Positions 1 to 8,086 of a stretch of DNA of 64,000 nucleotides are shown here, one piece after another. The translations under genes were made by a program, and so were the position numbers. A model generated the notes under the pieces. It saw only the letters and a program-made list of their open reading frames with translations, did no database searches and was not told the DNA's origin. The DNA is from a phage. Within the stretch, counting starts at the first letter, position 1. The number at the start of each line of letters is the position of its first letter. The DNA lies in the sequence record PZ738962.1; one strand, given 5' to 3'.

Positions 1-188
1 ACGTCAAGTCGAGCATAAATTCCTTTTCGACGCAGTGCATGATCTTCGGTATCATAATAAAATTCGTGTTTTAGAGTGTTAGCACGATCTACTAGATTGT
101 ATCCGTCATACATTGCTACCCACAAATCACAGATTGTTTCGACGCCAATTTGTGAGTGTGCATAGTATTTTAATTCAAGTTCTTTCAT
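1..188 (-). CDS. hypothetical protein, N-terminal part only (ORF runs off window start)
   Basis: ATG at 188 preceded by AAGGG; frame open to position 1 (MKELELKYYAHSQIGVETICDLW...); immediately downstream of rnh; no family recognised. Confidence 0.4.
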   Translation of the reverse strand, partial: MKELELKYYAHSQIGVETICDLWVAMYDGYNLVDRANTLKHEFYYDTEDHALRRKGIYARLD

Positions 189-198
189 ATATCAACCC

Positions 199-1146
199 TT
201 AGAACTCACCAATTTTCTGCAACATTTTAACTAACGCATTTGTTACAAAATAGTTATAAATTTTACCGCGTGGTGCTGGTTTAGATTTCTCCCATGCTAA
301 CAAAATTTCATATTCGATGTTATCAGGAATAAATTCAAAATCAATAAGTTCGCGGTTTTCGTCAAAGCGTCGTGCTTCTTCCTCTGTCATCAAAGACTTT
401 GGATCTTCGGCATCGAAAATTTGCTCTAACCATTTGGTTGCAATTGGTTTAGCTCGTTCTCCTTCCAGTCGTGAGATAATGAAATCACTACGGCACTTGA
501 TCGAAGCTACACCGTCTTTTGCGTCACCCTTAACACATTTTACCATAAGGTCTTTGTAAGGGCTACCATATTTGCATTTCTTCCATGCTTTCTGTACTGG
601 TGCCCACTGTTTCACATTTTTGTATTTGTGCAACTGTGTGTAGTCACCATCGCCGGAGTTGATTAGCACCTGGCGACCTTCTACAGAAAACTTTTTAGTT
701 AATACAGCGATTATATCATCCGCTTCAACTTTGTCAACCTTAATAACGTGATAAGGCATGTTCTCTTTAAACTCTTCGGTGATCTTATTGATCGCAGCAA
801 AGATCATCTCCCAATCACGCGGATCTGCGTCTCGTTTTTCCTTACGGTTGCGTTTATAGTAAGGTGCGATATCACGTCGCCAGTAACCTTTGCTTGAATC
901 AAAGGCAAGTACCGTAATTGGGTATTGCTCTTTGAATTTTGTCATATTATAACGCATGGTGTCAAGGATAAGATGACGGATCATACCTTCATTAATAGGA
1001 TCTTCCGGTTTAAAGGTATGTGAGATAGTAGCAATCATAAGCTGCGACATATCAATCAAATGCACACCTTCCGGCAGTTTATCTTCTGGATCATCGAAGA
1101 AATCATTAAGTGTAGCGGTCGTTTTTGTAAATGGGTTATACGTCAT
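199..1146 (-). CDS. rnh: RNase H (5'-3' exonuclease / flap endonuclease)
   Basis: 315 aa; long collinear similarity to T4 RNase H as recalled (GYWRRD, YKxNR, EADDxIAV, SxDGDxTQLHKY, GKIYxYF). Confidence 0.9.
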   Translation of the reverse strand: MTYNPFTKTTATLNDFFDDPEDKLPEGVHLIDMSQLMIATISHTFKPEDPINEGMIRHLILDTMRYNMTKFKEQYPITVLAFDSSKGYWRRDIAPYYKRNRKEKRDADPRDWEMIFAAINKITEEFKENMPYHVIKVDKVEADDIIAVLTKKFSVEGRQVLINSGDGDYTQLHKYKNVKQWAPVQKAWKKCKYGSPYKDLMVKCVKGDAKDGVASIKCRSDFIISRLEGERAKPIATKWLEQIFDAEDPKSLMTEEEARRFDENRELIDFEFIPDNIEYEILLAWEKSKPAPRGKIYNYFVTNALVKMLQKIGEF

Positions 1147-1148
1147 AA

Positions 1149-1334
1149 TTAAGTTCTCTCCACTCTCACAACAACATATTCGCCAAACGAGTTAGATACT
1201 TCACGGTCATACCCGTACTTCTCCATAACTCGCAGAATTGCATTGTTTAATTCGGCGCGGAAATAATTGTAATCCTTATCAGGGATTCTGTCAACTACCC
1301 ATTTTGCACCTTCTGACAAATCAACTTTAACCAT
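1149..1334 (-). CDS. hypothetical small protein (61 aa)
   Basis: ATG start; stop abuts rnh start (translational coupling); no family recognised. Confidence 0.5.
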   Translation of the reverse strand: MVKVDLSEGAKWVVDRIPDKDYNYFRAELNNAILRVMEKYGYDREVSNSFGEYVVVRVERT

Positions 1335-1372
1335 AATATATCATCCTCTTTTGTTTCTATCAAGCCTTATTT

Positions 1373-1380
1373 TATAAATA
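1373..1380 (+). promoter_or_regulatory. T4-type late promoter TATAAATA upstream of gene 34
   Basis: exact TATAAATA about 29 nt before the gene 34 ATG, followed by AAGGAG. Confidence 0.6.
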
Positions 1381-1408
1381 TGAACATACTATAAAAGGAG
1401 ACCCAATA

Positions 1409-4400
1409 ATGGCAGATTTTTCTCAACATTTCAAGGCCACATTTGGCTTTGACGCTGGTAATGAAAAGGTCGTCAATGTAGCATTGGCTGATAAGAATGT
1501 CAACACCGATGCGGTCAACGTTGAATTTTTCAATTACCATAATGGTATTACTCAGTATGACACAACTCGCGGTTATGATCAATACGGAACTACAATCTAT
1601 CAAAACCGTCCGTATTATGCAAAAGAAGATATCACAAAGCCAGCAGGTGATTTTGACCCGACTAAATGGCAAGCACTGCGCACGGACCCACGTTGGGATT
1701 ATATTGCAGCAACTTCCGGTGATACTCCTTTACAGTCTGGTGATTATATCGCAGCAGATGGTCAATTTGCAAACTTGACTTTCTCTATGCCAACTAAACC
1801 AGCAGAGGGAGACACTATAACAGTAAAAGATATCGGTGGCAAGTGTGGTGTTAACGAATTATCGTTCTTGAGTACAGGACATGAGTTTTACCATAACGGT
1901 AATGTGTACAACCGAAAATGGTATTGCACTACCCCGTATGCAATGAACTATTTCATCTTTGTTCGTAATCGTTGGCATGTTTATCAGACAGGAACAGAGC
2001 CACGCGGTGTGTACGCACAGCCAGCGATTGATGCTATTCAAATGCAGAATGGTGATCAGGTATTTCGTCGTAGTTCGTTGGGTAATATTACCTTAGTGCT
2101 TCCTAAGTTTGCCAACAATGGCGACATGATCCAGACTACAGACCTTGACGGATTAACCGCAACCAACCACGTTACGGTTAAAGTTCATGAGCACGCAGAA
2201 GAACAATCAATTGGCACGTCCGGTCTAAAAGAGATTATCGGTAAGCGTAGCGGTCATGGTGTATTCATCTTTGACAAGACGGAAAACTTATGGCGTTTGT
2301 GGGATGGTGATCAGTCTGTTCGTCTTAAACCGATCATCAATGACACTCGCTTGCAACCTAATAGTTATGTTGCTGTATTTGGTGGTCGTGATGTTACTCT
2401 GACGCTGCCGACCAATGTCGAGCCGGGTGATCGTATTCAAGTTTCTATGCAGTATATGAACGGAAACCAGAATTGCCGTATTATCACCGCCACAGAGGAT
2501 ACAAAAATCCTTATGCAGAAAAACATGGTTCAGTTTCCTAAGCGTAGCGAGTACCCATTCAATGGGACCGATACATGGACGGGAGTATCTGAATTGTCTT
2601 TCAACGCTGCAAATGATTATGTACCTTATCTGGAGTTCTCTTATTCAGAAGGTGATGATGGTAAGAAATACTGGTTGGTGGCACATGCTCACCCGATTGT
2701 AGAACGAGTAGATCCGACTCGTAAAGATCGTGTTGGTGTAATTGCACTGGCTACCCAAACTGAAACGAATAAAAACCATGAAGAGAATCCTAGCGACGAA
2801 GTTGCAGTAACACCAAAAATGCTGGCTAATAAAACCGCCAACGAAACTCGACGCGGTATTGCTCGCATTGCGACTCAAGCGGAAACGCATCAAGATACTG
2901 GTTCCAACTTCCTGGATGATGTTATCGTTACGCCTAAAAAGTTAAATGACTGTGTTGCTACCGAAGCCCGTCGTGGTGTGATGGAAATTGCAACCCAGCA
3001 CGAAACCAATGAAGGTTTAGACGATACCCGCGCTATTACTCCTAAGAAATTAGAAGAACGTCGCGCTTCCGAAGATCTCGCTGGTATTGCTGAAATTGTT
3101 CAGGCTGGCGGCAGTGCTGCCGCTCGACGTGGCGAAGCTGGTACAGGGATCTATAACATCAATGACCATGCTAAAATTGTTACGCCAAAAAACATCAACG
3201 AAGTCAAGGCGACCGAAACTTCCCGTGGTGTTGGCTATCTGGCAACTGACGCGGAAGTGCAAGGGGCTACAGAATCAACCCCGCAAGATGCTTTACTCAT
3301 CACGACTCGCACGCTAACGAAACGTACTGCTACCGAATCGCGCACTGGTATCGCTGAAATTGCAACTCAGGAAGAAACAAACTTAGGTCAAAGTGATAAC
3401 CATATCATCACGCCTAAAAAGCTGCATACTCGCCGCGCAACGGAAACTTTACATGGTTTAGCAGAAATTGCAACTCAGCCGGAATTTGACGAAGGTCTTG
3501 ATGATGCTCGCATTTCTACCCCATTGAAGATTAAAACCTTCTTTGAGAATGCACAGCGTTTGAAAGTAGATCCAACTCAGGGTCTTAACCTTACTGGTGA
3601 TTTGTGGCAAGGTATCATGATCAGCGGTCTGGATGCAACCGAAGACACAAAAGGTGTCGCTAAAGTTGCGACTACTCAGCTTACTGACGCTGGTCAAGAT
3701 GATACTACAATCATCACGCCTAAAAAGCTGCAAGGCAAAAAGGCCACCGAAGGTAAAGAAGGCATTATCCGAGTTGGTACTCAAGCCGAAACCGTGGCTG
3801 GTATTATGGACAATGTAGCAATTTCTCCGAAGAACTTCAAATATGTTGTTCAGACAGAGGATACATGGAAAGCAACCGAAGCGCGTCGTGGATTCTTGAA
3901 AGTTGCTACTCAGGAAAACTGTTTTGTTGGTGATAATCTGCAAGGTTCTACTCAAGAACTAGGAAACTACCAGCATGACGGAATTGCTGTTACCCCTAAA
4001 GGATTAAACTACGCACTTGCTAATTTCTTACCTAAGATGGCAACCGCTCAGAATAGTTTGAAATTGGGTAACGTAGAGGCCGCTAAATGGGCGCGTAGAG
4101 ACATTGACCAGACCATAGAGAGCAATTACACGTTTAATAAAAACGTTAACGTGAAGGGCGATTTAGAGTGCTTAAAATCAGGTTCCTTTGAAACTCTGTA
4201 TGTGACTAAGAACTCTACTGATGATCCGAGTAATGGTCATCTGGTGTTGGGTGAGCGTGGAGTTGACGGTCACACCGGAATTACTCTGCATGGCACAACC
4301 GCATCGGAAGGCATGAAAAACTCCTGGTCTATTATCGTTGGTGGTACTGGAACGGCGCAAGCAGTTAATAGTGGCGCTATCGCTTTCGGTCAAATCAATG

Positions 4401-5149
4401 ATGGTGGAGTCGTCGAGCATTACGCCTTTGCTATGGAACACACTGGCGACGCGACAGCATATAGAAACTTAATGGCAGGTCGTAACCTGTATGCAAAACA
4501 AGGCGGTTTATACATTGTTGACCTGTCTAATCCGGCAATGACTCGTTCCTCAGATGGTATGCTGAATATCGGTCACGGTGGAAGTGTTAACATCAAGGCA
4601 GGTTCTCAAACGTTAACTACAGAGATCGCAGGGCAGAAATATCAGATCGTACACGCAGGAAACGCCGACGAAGTTCTTAACCGTCGGTTTGTTAAGAATG
4701 CTGGCGATACAATGGTCGGTAAGCTGACTATGGATAATGCGCCTATTGTTTCTGTTAAACATGAAGCTAGCGCGGCAACCGCTCCGGCAATCGGTAACAT
4801 CGGTTTCTGGAATATGCGAGTTACTACCCAGAACATCAAAGAAACTTATCCAGAGAAGAAAAACGGTACTCTGATGCAATGGGGTACTGACGCGGACGGG
4901 CTTACTCAGCTTTGGTCCCCTGATGGTACTCATAAACATTATATCCGTTCCGGTACTGGTGGTCAATGGACCGCATGGGGTGAAATTTACACCAAACAGA
5001 ATAAGCCTACCGCTCAGGAAATCGGGGCAGTAGTTGCAGAAGGTGGTTTAATGAACTCTATGACGGTTCGTGATTGGATCAAAGTTGGTAATGTTAAAAT
5101 CATCGCCAATAATCTGACTCGTACCGTAGATTTTATCTGGGAAGACTAA
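1409..5149 (+). CDS. 34: long tail fibre proximal subunit gp34
   Basis: 1246 aa; N-terminus and repeated ATQxET...ITPKKL motifs match T4 gp34 as recalled; position between rnh and 35. Confidence 0.9.
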   Translation: MADFSQHFKATFGFDAGNEKVVNVALADKNVNTDAVNVEFFNYHNGITQYDTTRGYDQYGTTIYQNRPYYAKEDITKPAGDFDPTKWQALRTDPRWDYIAATSGDTPLQSGDYIAADGQFANLTFSMPTKPAEGDTITVKDIGGKCGVNELSFLSTGHEFYHNGNVYNRKWYCTTPYAMNYFIFVRNRWHVYQTGTEPRGVYAQPAIDAIQMQNGDQVFRRSSLGNITLVLPKFANNGDMIQTTDLDGLTATNHVTVKVHEHAEEQSIGTSGLKEIIGKRSGHGVFIFDKTENLWRLWDGDQSVRLKPIINDTRLQPNSYVAVFGGRDVTLTLPTNVEPGDRIQVSMQYMNGNQNCRIITATEDTKILMQKNMVQFPKRSEYPFNGTDTWTGVSELSFNAANDYVPYLEFSYSEGDDGKKYWLVAHAHPIVERVDPTRKDRVGVIALATQTETNKNHEENPSDEVAVTPKMLANKTANETRRGIARIATQAETHQDTGSNFLDDVIVTPKKLNDCVATEARRGVMEIATQHETNEGLDDTRAITPKKLEERRASEDLAGIAEIVQAGGSAAARRGEAGTGIYNINDHAKIVTPKNINEVKATETSRGVGYLATDAEVQGATESTPQDALLITTRTLTKRTATESRTGIAEIATQEETNLGQSDNHIITPKKLHTRRATETLHGLAEIATQPEFDEGLDDARISTPLKIKTFFENAQRLKVDPTQGLNLTGDLWQGIMISGLDATEDTKGVAKVATTQLTDAGQDDTTIITPKKLQGKKATEGKEGIIRVGTQAETVAGIMDNVAISPKNFKYVVQTEDTWKATEARRGFLKVATQENCFVGDNLQGSTQELGNYQHDGIAVTPKGLNYALANFLPKMATAQNSLKLGNVEAAKWARRDIDQTIESNYTFNKNVNVKGDLECLKSGSFETLYVTKNSTDDPSNGHLVLGERGVDGHTGITLHGTTASEGMKNSWSIIVGGTGTAQAVNSGAIAFGQINDGGVVEHYAFAMEHTGDATAYRNLMAGRNLYAKQGGLYIVDLSNPAMTRSSDGMLNIGHGGSVNIKAGSQTLTTEIAGQKYQIVHAGNADEVLNRRFVKNAGDTMVGKLTMDNAPIVSVKHEASAATAPAIGNIGFWNMRVTTQNIKETYPEKKNGTLMQWGTDADGLTQLWSPDGTHKHYIRSGTGGQWTAWGEIYTKQNKPTAQEIGAVVAEGGLMNSMTVRDWIKVGNVKIIANNLTRTVDFIWED

Positions 5150-5154
5150 TTAAA

Positions 5155-5172
5155 GGGGGGCGAAAGCCCCCC
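5155..5172 (+). terminator. GC-rich stem-loop (GGGGGGC-GAAA-GCCCCCC) between 34 and 35; possible attenuator or RNA stability element
   Basis: perfect 7-bp GC stem with GNRA-type loop 5 nt after gene 34 stop; no clear U-tract. Confidence 0.4.
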
Positions 5173-5184
5173 TATGGGGTTATT

Positions 5185-6324
5185 ATGACACAAGATATAG
5201 AATTACGCAATACTGGAATTAGGTTTGCGCATTTCGACGAAGACTCTGCGACATTTACCAGCATTTCAGAAAATAACTCTGTGATGTATAAGCTGGAAGT
5301 GCGCGGATCTAATGCGGATTCTACCAAACCAGCAAGAATTAGATTTAATGGAGTGGAGATCGTTGGCACTGGCTATGAAAATGGCCTAAATTTTAAAGTT
5401 CTTACTCCAACTGGACAACTACACGAAGAAAAGGTATTCTATGGTCGCGGTGCTGTTTTGGCAATGCGTGATTATCTTTCTTTGCTGAAAGGTGACTATA
5501 TCATTGCGATGGCAACGCACGGAGAATTGTTTGCAGATCCGATCAGTGATGGTGTATTCTCTAAGCTGGGATCTGTATCATTCCCGAATCACATTTTGCT
5601 ACAGCAAATGCCTCGTGTATCATATGCAGCAATTTATTCTACTAAAATGGGTAAAATTGTGTGCGAAGGGATGCAAGCAACTCACGGGGAAGGACAAGAT
5701 TCATCTATACAAATTGAGAAAGTCTATGATACTATAGATGATCTTGCTATAACAGGAACACCACAACGATTTTTAGATTATCCGGTTGAGTATGTTAGCG
5801 AAGATGCCGAACATTTCGAGCTAATACAATGGCCTCATGATGAGACCAGCGCCCCACTTGAGGATTTTAACATAAAGGCAGGTGACAAACTATCAATATC
5901 CTTTGAATTGTTCCGTGATAGTGCCGCAGCCGCAGCCAACGTAACAGCGCGTTTCTATCACAACTACTTCACCGATGGACAATATCAAACTGGTGTTCGG
6001 TACAATGCCAGCAAAAAAGACCAATGGGAAAAGTTTGAAGCAGTCTATACAGTACCGGAAGGAGTTGATAGTGTAGTAACTGGTTGTATCAGATATCCAA
6101 CCAACTCCAATGAAGGTATTGTTAAAATTAGAAACATACTAATAACGCCGATCAGTGGAGTCGTCAAAACTACTGGTCCTACTTCATTTGGTGTTAATGG
6201 TGTTAGAACAACTCATATTCAGGATAACGGTGATTTTACTAACCCTGTAATGAGTCTTCTTAAGCTGCCTAGAGATAATAAACACATCACATCCAACAAC
6301 TTTAAAGAGTTCGATGTTGATTAA
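5185..6324 (+). CDS. 35: long tail fibre hinge connector gp35
   Basis: 379 aa; similarity to T4 gp35 as recalled (VSYAAxY, FGVNGxR near C-terminus); synteny 34-35-36-37. Confidence 0.85.
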   Translation: MTQDIELRNTGIRFAHFDEDSATFTSISENNSVMYKLEVRGSNADSTKPARIRFNGVEIVGTGYENGLNFKVLTPTGQLHEEKVFYGRGAVLAMRDYLSLLKGDYIIAMATHGELFADPISDGVFSKLGSVSFPNHILLQQMPRVSYAAIYSTKMGKIVCEGMQATHGEGQDSSIQIEKVYDTIDDLAITGTPQRFLDYPVEYVSEDAEHFELIQWPHDETSAPLEDFNIKAGDKLSISFELFRDSAAAAANVTARFYHNYFTDGQYQTGVRYNASKKDQWEKFEAVYTVPEGVDSVVTGCIRYPTNSNEGIVKIRNILITPISGVVKTTGPTSFGVNGVRTTHIQDNGDFTNPVMSLLKLPRDNKHITSNNFKEFDVD

Positions 6325-6334
6325 CATTTTTAAC

Positions 6335-6366
6335 AAGCCGATCCATGTGGTCGGCTTTATTTTTAT
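6335..6366 (+). terminator. intrinsic terminator after gene 35
   Basis: hairpin AAGCCGATCC-ATGT-GGTCGGCTT followed by TATTTTTAT. Confidence 0.6.
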
Positions 6367-6484
6367 ACAGTTGGTTAAATTGTAACCAAAACGAAGAAAG
6401 ATCTTTAGAATAATAAAAATTTGTTTCGGTTAAAAAGTAGTCAGTGCCTACGGCACGTCGCGAAGCGATATTTTGTTAACATTC

Positions 6485-6492
6485 TATAAATA
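6485..6492 (+). promoter_or_regulatory. T4-type late promoter TATAAATA upstream of gene 36
   Basis: exact TATAAATA 34 nt before the gene 36 ATG. Confidence 0.6.
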
Positions 6493-6525
6493 CTCGGAAC
6501 TATAACTAATTTTTGAGGTTACTTT

Positions 6526-8016
6526 ATGGCAGATTTGAAATATGGATCTACTGTAGGTGGATCTCCCATTTGGACGCAAGGAAACTTGACGATCCAGCCA
6601 GCAGGGGATCAGCTTTTCTACAAAGGTCATAAAATCTATACCGCTTTTGATAGACCTTCGGCTACCGATTTTGATGCTGTTAGTGCATCCGAAGGTGGCA
6701 CATTTCAAAAGCAAGTTCATTTCGAGGAAGGTTTAAGCGTAGGTAGCGCATCGGCAGGTGAAACCAAAAAGAATGGTATCTTTAAAGGTCAGAGCGACGC
6801 TGCTAATTTTGACGGCGTAAGCTGGGGTTTGCATTCATGGAAGTCAATCGGCTTTGTTAATGCCCGTGATGGCGTTATTATGGCGTATATTGACACCACA
6901 ACGGGCGAATTTAAGTCTAAAGGGACTATCGAAGGGACAACCATTAAAGACACAGGTCAACGCGTCTATAGCCCTGTTAATAAACCAACGAATAATGATT
7001 TGGATTTAGTTTCCCGTCGCGGTGATACTCTCTCAGGAACGTATAATTTAAACACTGTCACTGTTAAACTATCGGTTGATTCGAAATTAATTGCAAGGGA
7101 ACGTGATTTAATTAATTTTGATGCGACTAAGATCTATTATGGTAACGTTCTTGATACGTTGGTCTTCCGAAGTAAAGATGAGCCTACCATTTTTGTTAAT
7201 GGCAAAGAAGGTCGTTTTTATCACACCAACAATAAACCAACTAAAGCCGATGTTGGGCTAGGCAATGTCACCAATGATGCACAGGTTAAACGTGCTGGTG
7301 ATATTATGGAAGGTAACTTGCAAGCGCCTAGAATGTTGGCGACAAACGATCCTGCTGGTCCTAATGAATTGGTTCGTTTGAGCTACTTTGAGAGAAAATC
7401 AATGGTAGCAAATCCAACCATCATTGGAAACGTTGATTGGAACACTCTTATTAATCGCGGTATCTATCGTGTGGAAAATGCTGGGTCGGGTACTAATAAA
7501 CCGTCTGATAGCTATTATAATGGCGTTTTGATGGTATATCGCCCAGAAGATGCGGTCGGTACTCGTCGAATTGTTCAGGTGTATTATCCTGAATCTATTG
7601 ACCATCCGATGTGCTGGCGTTCGTGTTCTAATGAATCATGGACTGCATGGAACTATGTAGATCACCGTAAATTAGCCGATATTCGCTATGTTAACGTAAC
7701 TGGCGATACCATGACAGGACCGTTAACTGTTCCGGCTGCAAACGGTGTTAGAACGGCTATAGGTGCATATAATGGTGATAACTACTATGCTGGGTTAAAT
7801 AGTGCCGATGGCACGGCTATGATTCACCGTATCAGCGATATTAAAGCCACTGAAAAATTGGGTATTACACATGATTCGAAAGCTGTTTTCGTTAAATCGC
7901 GTGGAAATACTCAAGCCACAGACCGCTATGAACTTTACCACGAAGGGCATAAACCTACCCCTGCCGAAGTTGGAGCGGTTCCACTTAATGCGGTGATTGA
8001 TTTTGGTACTTTCTAA
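6526..8016 (+). CDS. 36: long tail fibre distal connector gp36 (extended relative to T4)
   Basis: 496 aa; N-terminus MADLKYGSTVGGSPIWTQGN matches T4 gp36 start as recalled; T4 protein is much shorter. Confidence 0.8.
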   Translation: MADLKYGSTVGGSPIWTQGNLTIQPAGDQLFYKGHKIYTAFDRPSATDFDAVSASEGGTFQKQVHFEEGLSVGSASAGETKKNGIFKGQSDAANFDGVSWGLHSWKSIGFVNARDGVIMAYIDTTTGEFKSKGTIEGTTIKDTGQRVYSPVNKPTNNDLDLVSRRGDTLSGTYNLNTVTVKLSVDSKLIARERDLINFDATKIYYGNVLDTLVFRSKDEPTIFVNGKEGRFYHTNNKPTKADVGLGNVTNDAQVKRAGDIMEGNLQAPRMLATNDPAGPNELVRLSYFERKSMVANPTIIGNVDWNTLINRGIYRVENAGSGTNKPSDSYYNGVLMVYRPEDAVGTRRIVQVYYPESIDHPMCWRSCSNESWTAWNYVDHRKLADIRYVNVTGDTMTGPLTVPAANGVRTAIGAYNGDNYYAGLNSADGTAMIHRISDIKATEKLGITHDSKAVFVKSRGNTQATDRYELYHEGHKPTPAEVGAVPLNAVIDFGTF

Positions 8017-8021
8017 TTTTA

Positions 8022-8046
8022 GCGGGGATTATCTCCCCGCTTTTCT
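8022..8046 (+). terminator. intrinsic terminator after gene 36
   Basis: hairpin GCGGGGA-TTATC-TCCCCGC followed by TTTTCT. Confidence 0.55.
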
Positions 8047-8086
8047 AAATAATATTATTCTAATAACCGTTTAAGGATTTTATAAA